A stretch of 64,000 nucleotides of DNA from an uncultured Bacteroidales bacterium (GCA_946616285.1 CAMOIT010000001.1:32530-96529); one strand, 5' to 3'. Shown: positions 21,101-29,925, counted from the first letter of the stretch. Notes: generated by a model not told the origin, from the letters alone. Translations and numbers: made by a program.

Positions 21101-21259
21101 GATGGTGCCGGTGGTGGTCCCTTCCACCTGTACGGCTGCGCCGGGAACCGGCGCGCCGCCTTCGTCCACTATGCGGCCACTCACGTTCACGGGGCCCTGG
21201 GCCATGGCCGTGAGACTCACCGCCATGGCCGCCAGTGCCGATATTAGCCTTTTAAACAT
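18173..21259 (-). CDS. susC: SusC/RagA TonB-dependent transporter
   Basis: LDEVVVIGFG, DLTGSV, IRIRG, DIESISVLKDASSTAIYG, RADGSSNF, LTWEKT, YPRPR; C-terminal Phe. Confidence 0.97.
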   Translation of the reverse strand: MFKRLISALAAMAVSLTAMAQGPVNVSGRIVDEGGAPVPGAAVQVEGTTTGTISGGDGNFTLKVPSEDAVLIFDSMGYKTVKMKVGKQRRFEIVLEEDTTFLDEVVVIGFGEQKKTDLTGSVATVKMTDVENAPTLAVDQAMQGRVAGADIVSVSGDPNEGTSIRIRGARSITAGNEPLIVVDGVMNAVQDLGELNSADIESISVLKDASSTAIYGAQGANGVIIVTTKAGSTVQTKATVTATAKLGFSSLARSLDVMNAQEFATYNNDRIDFSKSSTGMVYPATPSYTSKYADPEALGEGTDWVKAITRVAPFMEYALSVAGNNKKTNYFGSVSYADDEGIVLDSGNRRFTGRLNLSHRFADWIKLEYNVSALYRIANNNKANIGGSSIWSGAVYISPLLGTDSEVNDLYNYGQGQPFNNPYLSIVQSTNQRKTVSNTHTIALELTPIKGLVIKSRNTWYQYNSDLYKYLPGTLPARRLAASGGEVTRNTSAITQLNSDNTITYKTDFGKNHHLDVMGGMSVYYKGYEVHQIVGKGMLVDDLTWNNLSAIGDKDNYTITSSESEVKRMSFMGRVNYNYKKRYYLTFTGRADGSSNFAANNKWGFFPSAAFKWNAGNEPWIKRTRVFQELALRLSAGRTGNDALSPYKSLQQLSASTSGYLLGDGQATYYYPSRLDSPNLTWEKTDLYNAALDVAVLKGRLKFTLEGYLANTHDLLLDVQKAQQTGYSRYTQNLGRTSNKGVEFSLSTKNIVTKNFSWTTDFTISHNKQMVEDIGGESEVVAMNDPNKGYMIYGYRAGYPLNSLWGFQYGGVWHNTEEVEENDITHQYVDFYAKPYKAGRPRYVDQDHNGILDNQDLVFLGDADPIVYGGLQNNFHIFGFDLGVFFSYSVGGSIYNYSEFFMAGTYCSNQYRYMLNGWHPYRNPNSDIPAAGASGYSMLPSNFMVHDASFLRLKTVSLSYTFEMKKVKWMQSIRLGISADNIYLWTGYNGFDPDVSSKVEDQESTIRRADIGAYPRPRKIVGLIQIKF

Positions 21260-21282
21260 TTGATTTGTTTTGAGTTAGTTAC

Positions 21283-24200
21283 TCAGTTCCCCACATAGGC
21301 ACCCATTATGGTGCCGTTGCGGTCATTACCCTTCTGGTCAATGGTCAGAAAACTTGTATCAACGGTCTGGGTCGGAGTGTACCTGAGGGTAAGGCCGGAA
21401 AGCTCCTCGCTAGTCATGCCGCAGGAAATTGCAGGGTTGTCAGCCACAGTCGTGACAGCGTGTACGCCGTCCGAAAGAGAGGACAACATAGTATTAATAT
21501 CGAATGCAGAAGGATTGGAAAGGACAGATTTCCTCCAGACGAAGTTTCCTGCACCGGTATTGTTCACCCTGTCGGCAGAGGTATAAGATGTTGCGACAAC
21601 TATGGATTTGTCTACATGATAGAGCAGACGATCGTTACGGACATCGTCATTGGTGCTGGTACCCGTGTTGCCGGAGATGATGCTATTGTAAACATCCACA
21701 ACCTGACTGAAAGTCTCCTTGTAAATGCCACCGGTGCCGGCCGATGCGGTGTTCCCGGTAACTGTGCAACTAATCATAGCCAGACGTGTGATGTTCGCTT
21801 TATAGGTGTCATTATCCTGCCTTGTTACATAAATGCCGCCAGCATTGGTCCCGTTGTTGCCTGACACGGTGCAGTTGACCATGATAAGGTCATTCTTTCC
21901 CTTGGAGTAGACACCTCCGGCACCGCCTGTAGCGGTGTTACCGGTGATAGCCGTATTATAAATGGTAACCGGGACGTAATTGGCCGTGGTTTGGGTTATG
22001 TTGATTCCGCCACCGCTACCACTGGCCGTATTATTGCTAATATCGCACCCAGTGAGCGTTAGAGCCCCACTAGTATAAATAGCTCCACCATTTGCGGCAC
22101 TGTTATTTGAAATAGTGGTGCCATCAATACTGAGATTACTAGAACTGTTGTGAATAGCTCCGCCGCTACCACTGGCCGTATTATAGCTAATATCGCACCC
22201 GGTGAACGTTAGAGCCTCACTAGTATAAATAGCTCCACCATTTGCGGCACTGTTATTTGAAATAGTGGTGCCATCAATACTGAGATTACTAGAACTGTTG
22301 TGAATAGCTCCGCCGCTACCATTACCTGCGCTATTGTAAAGAAAAGTAGTTTCATCACTGATGGTAGCGGCACAGCTGGCTTGAATCTGCATTGCACCGC
22401 CCGTTCCGGTCCCTGTATTATACTCAAACATACTTTTAGAGATGCTTAGAGTTGTGGCTCCGTCAGTACGGATTGCTCCGGCGTTTGTGGCCGAATTGCG
22501 TTTGAATGTGGCGTTCGTTATTGTAACATCTGCTCCGGCTTCAAGGTGAATTGCGCCACCATTTGAACCGTTATTCAGGCGGAAAGACGCCTTGTCAATA
22601 ATAAGAGTTCCCTTTGTGAGTATTGCTCCCCCACGTTTAGATGTAGCAACATTGCTCACGAACTTCGTGCTGTCCTGGCCAAAAGAAATGTCCATTGTCC
22701 CGTCATGCTGATAAATAGCACCTCCATTCGCAATGCTGGTGGAATTCTGTATTGTCCCTCCCTTGATGTAAATAGTGCCTGCTCTCTGAGCGATGTAACC
22801 ACCTTGACCATTGCTTGAAGTTACATCATTATTGTCAGCTATGCAGTTCTCAATCGTAACGACGGTATCGTCCCCGACTTCCATCACAATGGCTCCACCG
22901 TAACCAGCGTTTGCGCCGCTAGCGATATTGTCGCTGAATGTGCAACCGTCAAATTTCACATTCAGTTCACCTGTCGCGTTGAAATCTATAGCGGCACCAC
23001 CTAGTGTGCTAGAACTGTTCAAATTGCAGAAAATGCAGTCTTTGAAGGTGACGTTGCCAGCTGCTGTTGAATTAAAGAAGAATGCGATACCGCGGGTGTT
23101 GATGGCGGTCGAAGGGGCTGATTGCGTAAAAGTGATGCTATCAAATGTCCAGCCGTTCATCGTGGCACCGTTTAAGTAGAAGATACGGTCGGTTTCGGTG
23201 TCGTTGCTAACCCACTTTGTGGCATGATTCACGGCGTGCTTACCTTCAAGAGAGGTACCTGTATTGCTGGAAGGATATCCACCATCAATGATAAGGTTAA
23301 TATTAGCAAGCGGTTTTTCCGCACCGGTGTCCCATGCACCGGATTGGAAGGTCAGCGTTCCTCCGTTTGCGGCTTGAATGTTATATGTTCCTTCGGCAAA
23401 GTGGATCTTGGCATTGTGAAGACGCCAGGTGCTATTGACGCCATTGTCATTGGTTTTGTTCTTGATAAGCTTGAGGAAAAGGGAGAGATCACCGGCGTTG
23501 TTCCAAGAAGAACCATCGCCTTTACCGTCTGCTGTCGTCTTTATGAACCAGTCGGCGTGAATCATAGGGTCAATGTCTCCGAGATCAGTAACATGGCTGC
23601 GGGTGGTGGTGATGGCTCTCTTGCTCAGTGCTCCCAACTCGAGATCGCCCGAATTACTCTTCCTGGCCTTAACTCCGAAACCGGTGTCAAAATCCGCACC
23701 GGGTCCAACGGCAAAGTAGTAATCCTTGGCAGTGTTGGTCGCAATTGAGTTTAGGTTTGCATATTTGGTATTGTCATAGCCGGTAATTACGGCGGTCCTT
23801 GCGCCTACAGTGACATTCTGTTCTTCGTCAAATGTTACACCGTATGTGTTGGCTATAACCTTAGCAAGCCCATTGGATGTGAACTCAAAACGGTTATAGG
23901 GGTTTGCTGCCGTTGTGTGGAACTTGATGATGTGCGTCAGGTTCTTGAAGGCGAAGCTTGCGGCTTCTTTGGTGGTGCGTGCGGCCATCATATTGGCCGA
24001 CTTAAAGGTTCCGTTCTGATACCGGGGAATACCGAAGTCGATGGTGCCGCCTTCGCGAAGGGCAAACGCTCCCGTGGTAGGATACACAGCATAGAGTGTC
24101 TCGGCGGAGGCGGAAACATTAGCGGTAACTGTGTAATGACCTTCTCCGTCATCCTCAACTTTTGCGTCTACATAATCGCTTTCGCCTGTACCCCAGATAA

Positions 24201-24480
24201 TGCGGATCTCGTCGTTTTCGTCCCAAAGGATGTCAGCTTCGTTGTTAGGGTCTTTATCGCCCAAGTGAGTCTTTGTTTTGGCATCCTTTTCTGAAGACAC
24301 TGTGAACGTAAGGCTTATCATTCCCTCGGGAACTGTAGGATTAGTCTCATCTGGGTCGTTATTTTCTGGATCGACCACCTCAGGATCATCCTTGGCGGGG
24401 TTCTCGGGGACTACGGGATCAAGCTCCTGCGTGCAGGAGAATATCGCTGCAAGAGCGAACAAGGTAAATATCTTTTTCAT
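21283..24480 (-). CDS. Lipoprotein: pilin-like N-domain plus right-handed beta-helix (GGAI/FxxN, Pmp-like repeats)
   Basis: Lipobox IFSC; TKT..W...D.IRIIW; GDGSSW; many GGAI/NxA repeats; paralogue of 24651-27905. Confidence 0.85.
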   Translation of the reverse strand: MKKIFTLFALAAIFSCTQELDPVVPENPAKDDPEVVDPENNDPDETNPTVPEGMISLTFTVSSEKDAKTKTHLGDKDPNNEADILWDENDEIRIIWGTGESDYVDAKVEDDGEGHYTVTANVSASAETLYAVYPTTGAFALREGGTIDFGIPRYQNGTFKSANMMAARTTKEAASFAFKNLTHIIKFHTTAANPYNRFEFTSNGLAKVIANTYGVTFDEEQNVTVGARTAVITGYDNTKYANLNSIATNTAKDYYFAVGPGADFDTGFGVKARKSNSGDLELGALSKRAITTTRSHVTDLGDIDPMIHADWFIKTTADGKGDGSSWNNAGDLSLFLKLIKNKTNDNGVNSTWRLHNAKIHFAEGTYNIQAANGGTLTFQSGAWDTGAEKPLANINLIIDGGYPSSNTGTSLEGKHAVNHATKWVSNDTETDRIFYLNGATMNGWTFDSITFTQSAPSTAINTRGIAFFFNSTAAGNVTFKDCIFCNLNSSSTLGGAAIDFNATGELNVKFDGCTFSDNIASGANAGYGGAIVMEVGDDTVVTIENCIADNNDVTSSNGQGGYIAQRAGTIYIKGGTIQNSTSIANGGAIYQHDGTMDISFGQDSTKFVSNVATSKRGGAILTKGTLIIDKASFRLNNGSNGGAIHLEAGADVTITNATFKRNSATNAGAIRTDGATTLSISKSMFEYNTGTGTGGAMQIQASCAATISDETTFLYNSAGNGSGGAIHNSSSNLSIDGTTISNNSAANGGAIYTSEALTFTGCDISYNTASGSGGAIHNSSSNLSIDGTTISNNSAANGGAIYTSGALTLTGCDISNNTASGSGGGINITQTTANYVPVTIYNTAITGNTATGGAGGVYSKGKNDLIMVNCTVSGNNGTNAGGIYVTRQDNDTYKANITRLAMISCTVTGNTASAGTGGIYKETFSQVVDVYNSIISGNTGTSTNDDVRNDRLLYHVDKSIVVATSYTSADRVNNTGAGNFVWRKSVLSNPSAFDINTMLSSLSDGVHAVTTVADNPAISCGMTSEELSGLTLRYTPTQTVDTSFLTIDQKGNDRNGTIMGAYVGN
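22013..22321. repeat. Near-perfect 150-bp in-frame tandem duplication (two copies)
   Basis: ccgctacca recurs at 22013, 22163 and 22313, with nearly identical sequence between. Confidence 0.9.
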
Positions 24481-24492
24481 AATCATTCCGTT

Positions 24493-24633
24493 TTAAAGTT
24501 CCCAGTCGCCGTATTCATCGATGGTGGCTTTTTCGGTGCTTACGTCCCTCGTTTGCGATGTCATTATCGGCTTTGTCGCTCTAGTTTCCACTATCTCAAC
24601 AGTGGGGGGGGGATATTTTTGTAATTTTTTCAT
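24493..24633 (-). CDS. Unannotated 46-aa YxxP-type peptide
   Basis: MKKLQKYPPPTVEIVETRATKPIMTSQTRDVSTEKATIDEYGDWEL*. Fills the gap between two co-oriented lipoprotein genes; below the ORF-track cutoff. Confidence 0.8.
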   Translation of the reverse strand: MKKLQKYPPPTVEIVETRATKPIMTSQTRDVSTEKATIDEYGDWEL

Positions 24634-24650
24634 ACCTTGTTTTGTTTATG

Positions 24651-27600
24651 TTAGTTTCCAACATATGCGCCCATTACGGTGCCGGTGCGGTTGTTGCCCT
24701 TCTGGTCAACGGTCAGGAAACTCGCATCCAGAGTCTGGGTCGGAGTGTACCTGAGGGTAAGGCCGGAAAGCTCCTCGCTAGTCATGCCGCAGGAAATTGC
24801 AGGGTTGTCAGCCACAGTCGTGACAGCGTGTACGCCGTCCGAAAGAGAGGACAACATAGTATTAATATCGAATGCAGAAGGATCGGAAAGGACAGATTCC
24901 CTCCAGACGAAGTTCCCTGCATCGGTATTGTTCACCCTGTCGGCGGAAGTGTAAGAAGTTGCTGCAACAATGGACTTGTCCACATGATAGAGCAGACGAT
25001 CATTACGGGCATCGTCATTGGTTTCGGTACCTGTGTTGCCGGAAATGATGCAATTGTAAACATCAACCACCTGGCCGAAGGTCTCCTTGAATATGCCGCC
25101 GGTGCCGTTGGAAGCCGTGTTGCCCGTTACGGTGCAGCTTACCATAGACAGACGTGTAATGTTGGCCTTATTGGTGTCACTATCCTGCCTGGTTACGAAA
25201 ACGCCGCCGCAATTGGTACCGGTGTTGCCGGACACGGTGCAGTTGACCATAATAAGGTCATTCTTACCCCTGGAATACACGCCTCCGGCACCGCCTGTGG
25301 CAGTGTTACCGGTGATAGCCGTATTGTAAATGGTAAGCGGAACGTAATTGGCCGTGGTCTGAGTCACGTTAATTCCGCCACCGATTTTTGCGGTATTGCC
25401 GGCAATGGAAGAATTCTTCACGACAATGCTGGTGGCAACACCATTGATATTGATACCACCACCATTACCGCCTGAAGCTGAATTGCCGGTGATATCGCAA
25501 CTGTCCACCGTGAGGGTACAGGCTCCGTCCGTGCGGATTGCACCCCCGTTGGTCGCAGGGTTGGCGGAGAAGTATGAGTTGCTTATGGTGACGTTGGCGC
25601 CTGCTTCCAGATGGATGGCAGCGCCGTTATTGGCTACGTTCTGCTGGAACACTGCACCGTCGATGCTCATAGCGGCTTTTGCGAGGATGGCGCCCGCACG
25701 CTTGCCGGGAGCCTTGTTGCCGATAAAGTAAGTATGGTCGCTCTCATTGTCCATAATGGTAACCGTGCCGGCTGCCTGATAGATGGCGCCGCCGTGGGAG
25801 TCGCCATTGCTGCCGGCATTGCTCTCGTTGCCATTGAAAACAGTACCCATGATGATTGCTTCGCCATCAACTACGTGCAGTCCGCCGCCGGTGGTAGTGG
25901 CTTTGTTCTCCTTAATGATTCCACCTGTCAGGTTAAGCGTTCCGCCACTGAGGTGGATGGCGCCGCCGGTAGTGCCCGACATGTTGTTGTGGATGTTGCA
26001 ACTATTGACATTAAGTGTGCCGTCCGTGCCATTGACATTGATTGCGCCACCCTGGGACGATGTCTTGCAGTTGAATATTTCCAGGCCGTCCTGCAGTGTG
26101 AGACTGCCGCTGCCGTAATAGATGGCACCACCGTTTGCTGTTTTGCAGTTGCTTACAGAACCTCCGCTGATGCTTACGCTTGCACCGTCAACGTAAACGG
26201 CGCCGCCCTGCTGGGCTGTATTAACATCTCCGTCCTCGATGCCAAGGCCGGTGAAAGTGCAGTTGGTTATGTTTACGTTACCGCCGCGGGCGCGGATGGA
26301 ACCGCCGTTGCTGGCTTTGTTCCCGGTAAATGTGCAGTCGGTGAACTTGACAGTGGCGTTGGAGGCATAGACATAGGCTGCGCCGCCCACATTGCACTGG
26401 TTGCCGCTGAAGGTGCAGCCGGTGAAATTGATTTCTGCAGTTACGCCGCCGTGGATATAGACAGGGCCGCCGTTGACAGTGCCGGTCTGGACAAAGTCCT
26501 TGAAATAGCAGTTATTAAAGGTAATTGTGCCGGAAGTTGTACCGTCAAAGTGGAGCACGTCTCCGGGCAGGATGTGGTCTCCATTGGCTTCGAAGGTGAT
26601 GCCGTCGAAGGTCCAGCCGCTCATACGGCAACCCTTGGCCTCGAATACGCGGAATGTATCGTCGGTCTGGGCGGTCTGCCACTTGGTGGGATGGTTCACG
26701 GGATCCTTGCCCGTGAGTGCGGTGCCGGTAAGGCTGTTAGGGTAGCCACCGTCGATGGTGAGATTGAGGTTTGTGAGCTGGTATTTCGAATCGGCCTCCA
26801 TATCCCAGGCTTTATCGTCAAAGCTCAACGTTCCTTCGTTTGCCGCATATATATCATAGGTACCTTCGGCAAAGTGGATCCTTGCGTTGTGCAGGCGCCA
26901 GGTACTATTGATGCCCTTGTCATTGGTTTGGAATTTAATGAGGTTAAGGAATAAAGCAAGGCCGCCTGCGTCTTCCCATGAAGAACCGTTGCCGGTGCCG
27001 CCGGGCTTGATGAACCAGTCGGGATGGATCATGGCGTCAATGTCGCCAAGGTTGGTAACACGGCTGCGGTCTGTGGAGATAGCCTTTTTGCTAAGTGCAC
27101 CGTACTCGTAGTCGTCTCCTTTGCTGCTCATGCGTGCCTTTACGCCGAAACCGCTTGAGAAATCGGTCTCGGGACCAACTGCGAAGTAGTAATCACTGTT
27201 CGTCGTTACAGTATTGAGGTCGGCGTATTTGGTGTTGTTATAGCCGTCAATCGTCGCGGTCTTTGCACCGATGGTCACATTCTGATTGCTGTCGAAAGTT
27301 ACGCCGTACGTGTTGGCGATAACTCTTGCATTTTCATTTGATGTGAACTCGAAGCGGTTGTATGGGTTGGTTGCCGTTGTGTGGAACTTGATAATGTGCG
27401 TCAGGTTCTTGAAGGCGAAGCTTGCTGCCTCCTTTGATGTGCGTGCCGCCATCATGTTGGCCGATGCGAAGGTCCCGTCCTGATACCTGGGAATGCCGAA
27501 GTCGATGGTGCCGCCGTCGCGAAGGGCGAATGCGCCGTCCGCGGGATATACGGCGTAGTAAGTCTCAGCATCAGCTACGTCGGCGCTTACCGAGCCGTTT

Positions 27601-27905
27601 ACGACGGTTGCATTGGCGTAATCAGCGGCGCCGGTGCCCCAGATGATTCTTACCTGGTCGCCGTCGGTCCAGGTGTGGTGGACGCCGTCCCAGTCAGTCT
27701 TGGTGTCTTCTGATGACACGGTGAATGTGAGACGGATCATGCCTTCGGGAACGGGTTTGTCGTCCGGATTGACTTCGCCGGGCTTGTCTGTCTGCTCCTG
27801 TCCGTTATCCGGCCTGTTCTCTTCGGGAATAGGTATCTCCTTTGAGCAGGAGAAACTGAAGGTGGCTATCGCGCAGATTGCCAGAAAAGAATAAAACTTT
27901 TTCAT
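24651..27905 (-). CDS. Lipoprotein: pilin-like N-domain plus right-handed beta-helix (paralogue)
   Basis: Lipobox SFSC; TKTDW...WTDGDQVRIIW; GNGSSW; GGAI repeats; C-terminus nearly identical to that of 21283-24480. Confidence 0.85.
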   Translation of the reverse strand: MKKFYSFLAICAIATFSFSCSKEIPIPEENRPDNGQEQTDKPGEVNPDDKPVPEGMIRLTFTVSSEDTKTDWDGVHHTWTDGDQVRIIWGTGAADYANATVVNGSVSADVADAETYYAVYPADGAFALRDGGTIDFGIPRYQDGTFASANMMAARTSKEAASFAFKNLTHIIKFHTTATNPYNRFEFTSNENARVIANTYGVTFDSNQNVTIGAKTATIDGYNNTKYADLNTVTTNSDYYFAVGPETDFSSGFGVKARMSSKGDDYEYGALSKKAISTDRSRVTNLGDIDAMIHPDWFIKPGGTGNGSSWEDAGGLALFLNLIKFQTNDKGINSTWRLHNARIHFAEGTYDIYAANEGTLSFDDKAWDMEADSKYQLTNLNLTIDGGYPNSLTGTALTGKDPVNHPTKWQTAQTDDTFRVFEAKGCRMSGWTFDGITFEANGDHILPGDVLHFDGTTSGTITFNNCYFKDFVQTGTVNGGPVYIHGGVTAEINFTGCTFSGNQCNVGGAAYVYASNATVKFTDCTFTGNKASNGGSIRARGGNVNITNCTFTGLGIEDGDVNTAQQGGAVYVDGASVSISGGSVSNCKTANGGAIYYGSGSLTLQDGLEIFNCKTSSQGGAINVNGTDGTLNVNSCNIHNNMSGTTGGAIHLSGGTLNLTGGIIKENKATTTGGGLHVVDGEAIIMGTVFNGNESNAGSNGDSHGGAIYQAAGTVTIMDNESDHTYFIGNKAPGKRAGAILAKAAMSIDGAVFQQNVANNGAAIHLEAGANVTISNSYFSANPATNGGAIRTDGACTLTVDSCDITGNSASGGNGGGININGVATSIVVKNSSIAGNTAKIGGGINVTQTTANYVPLTIYNTAITGNTATGGAGGVYSRGKNDLIMVNCTVSGNTGTNCGGVFVTRQDSDTNKANITRLSMVSCTVTGNTASNGTGGIFKETFGQVVDVYNCIISGNTGTETNDDARNDRLLYHVDKSIVAATSYTSADRVNNTDAGNFVWRESVLSDPSAFDINTMLSSLSDGVHAVTTVADNPAISCGMTSEELSGLTLRYTPTQTLDASFLTVDQKGNNRTGTVMGAYVGN

Positions 27906-27917
27906 ATCTCGAACTTT

Positions 27918-28076
27918 TTATATTTCCCATTCGTAATCGTCCTCTTCGGGGTCGTAGATGAGACCCTCGACGGATGCTCCAAAATTTTTACTTTCGCACA
28001 GAAAGCCTTCTGGCCAAAGAGTGCGGTACCTGGCTTCAGGAGCCTTGTACTCCGGTTTTTTCTGGAATAGTTTCAT
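27918..28076 (-). CDS. Unannotated 52-aa YxxP-type peptide, probable first gene of the operon
   Basis: MKLFQKKPEYKAPEARYRTLWPEGFLCESKNFGASVEGLIYDPEEDDYEWEI*. A-rich upstream region; ends 12 nt before the next ATG. Confidence 0.85.
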   Translation of the reverse strand: MKLFQKKPEYKAPEARYRTLWPEGFLCESKNFGASVEGLIYDPEEDDYEWEI

Positions 28077-28142
28077 ATGGTTTTTGATTTGTTTGTTATT
28101 GTTTTAGTTCAGTGAACAGTTCCGCGTACGCCGCGTTCATCA

Positions 28143-28150
28143 CAAAATTA
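28143..28150 (-). promoter_or_regulatory. Bacteroidetes -7 promoter box for the PUL-like operon
   Basis: TAATTTTG (TAnnTTTG) on the minus strand ~65 nt upstream of the peptide ATG; no canonically spaced -33 box. Confidence 0.55.
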
Positions 28151-28228
28151 GTAATCTTAGCGCGCAAAAAATACGGCTGTAGAAAAAATCAAAGTGAAAA
28201 TATGCCCGAATTTAGAGCTTAATAATAT

Positions 28229-28265
28229 TAAAAAAGTGCCATCCGCGCACGCGGAAGGCACTTTT
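28229..28265 (-). terminator. Rho-independent terminator after the DUF6377 gene
   Basis: Hairpin aaaagtgccttccgcg-tg-cgcggatggcactttt followed by a U tract on the minus strand. Confidence 0.8.
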
Positions 28266-28322
28266 GTCTTTCCTGGGCTTACCCCTGAAATCTAAGTCAT
28301 TCTATAAGTTTTGTCTAACTGT

Positions 28323-29885
28323 TTACAGGGCTTTTACCATCTCTTCGAACTCGTCCTTTGGACAGATAGCCTGGTTGCGCATGCGGGCGCGATAGGTGTA
28401 CACAGTGGAGAGAGAGCACTTGAGGAACGAGGCAATGCGCGGGCTGTCCCCGATGCCAAGTTTGATGGTGGCGAGTATGCGGAGCTCGGTGGGGAGAGCA
28501 GCCTGTGCGGCGGTTTCGTCGAAACGCGCTTCTTCCTTGAGAAGTGAATTAACGTCTTTTACGAAATTCGGGAAAATACCAAGGAAAGTCTGGTCGAATA
28601 TACGGTAGAATTCCTTGTAGTCGGAATAGTCAGTGGGGGCGCGGAGTATTTTGAGCAGGGCTTCCTCACCTTTGTTTTTGGCGATCTGCCTGTACTCGCG
28701 GCGGTGTTCTTCGGCCTTGTCAAGGTATTTGATGCTCAGGTCCATGTAGCGGAACACGTAGTTCTCTTTGATTCTGTTAGCCTCGACCAGTGCTGTGTTC
28801 ACTTTTTCCAGTTCGGACAGGGCTTCGGCTCTTTTCCTGGACTGTCGGTGGGCGAACACCCACAGCATGAAAATGACGAATAGAAGTATCGAAGTGATGG
28901 CTATACCACTCGTGAGCGCCACTCGTGCGCGTCTTTCGGCCCTGAGTGACGCATCAACAATAATATTGTATGCGCGCGATGACCACAGCATCTTGGGCCT
29001 GAACCCGCCGGCGAAAACTTCTTCGAAGTGCAATTGGATGTATCTGGCGGCCCGCCGGTGCCTACCTTCACGGTAAAGCGCCAGCGCAAGCTCGTATAAG
29101 GACAGTAGGTCTCTGTTGGGAGCGTGCATATCGGCTACGCCGCTGTGCGCAAGGCAAATTTTCTGTTTTTCATTATCCCCGAGTTTGGCGTAGAGGACGC
29201 TGCAGTTGTACTCGATTGAGGTGAGCTCATGCCAGTCACCTTTGGCGTCCGGAAGGCATGAAAGGAATACATCCAGGGACTCCTGGTACTGTCCTCTTGC
29301 GCGCAGAAGCTGCGCATAGATTTTCTTGCCTTCATAGGAAAGCGTGTCGATTCCCGTGAGCGCTTCCCTGAATCTTGCAAGTGTGTCGGCGAAACTCTCC
29401 TCCCCGAAATAGGGTGACGAAAAGCGGGCGCAGTTCTGATATATGTTCACGCCAAGCTTCAGGTAGGCCGGTTTAAAGCCCATTGACTTCATTCCCGTTG
29501 TATCCAGCTCCCGGAACATAGACAGCGCCTGAGAGGGGTTGCTCATCCATTCCATCACTTCCACTTGTGCGAAACTGGTGCGGAGTTTCTGTTCCGGGAG
29601 CAAGGCATGAGCCATCATCCGGGACACATAAAGCGCCGTCGAATCAATACTGTAGTGCTTGTACCGCGAGTAAAGCTCCCGTTCCCGTTCCCATTTCAGG
29701 CTGTCTGTCCCGGCCTCCATCAGCCTTGCACGAAGGGAGTCATTTCCCCGCTCAAATGCTGCCTGATATTCGGCCCGGTGCGCAATTGCGACGTCCAACT
29801 CATGATAGGCCTCCTGCAGCGGAGTCCTCTTGCAGGCCGTCAGGCATAAGACAGCCACCAGCGCCGGAACGATTCTTTTGAACAT
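28323..29885 (-). CDS. DUF6377/SusR-like inner-membrane transcriptional regulator
   Basis: TPR-like N-region, one TM helix, EANRIKENY, FDQTFL.IFPNFV, TELRILATIKLGIGDS..IA.FL..S.STVYTYR. Confidence 0.9.
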   Translation of the reverse strand: MFKRIVPALVAVLCLTACKRTPLQEAYHELDVAIAHRAEYQAAFERGNDSLRARLMEAGTDSLKWERERELYSRYKHYSIDSTALYVSRMMAHALLPEQKLRTSFAQVEVMEWMSNPSQALSMFRELDTTGMKSMGFKPAYLKLGVNIYQNCARFSSPYFGEESFADTLARFREALTGIDTLSYEGKKIYAQLLRARGQYQESLDVFLSCLPDAKGDWHELTSIEYNCSVLYAKLGDNEKQKICLAHSGVADMHAPNRDLLSLYELALALYREGRHRRAARYIQLHFEEVFAGGFRPKMLWSSRAYNIIVDASLRAERRARVALTSGIAITSILLFVIFMLWVFAHRQSRKRAEALSELEKVNTALVEANRIKENYVFRYMDLSIKYLDKAEEHRREYRQIAKNKGEEALLKILRAPTDYSDYKEFYRIFDQTFLGIFPNFVKDVNSLLKEEARFDETAAQAALPTELRILATIKLGIGDSPRIASFLKCSLSTVYTYRARMRNQAICPKDEFEEMVKAL

Positions 29886-29925
29886 GATGCCAAAATTAAC
29901 AAAATAATGGCAGAAGAAAAAGAAT

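Noticed and set aside
24493-28076. YxxP peptides as lasso peptide or other RiPP precursors
   Set aside because: No cyclase, peptidase, RRE or radical SAM gene is nearby, and the peptides are positionally tied to pilin-like genes. Only the leader-motif analogy was kept.
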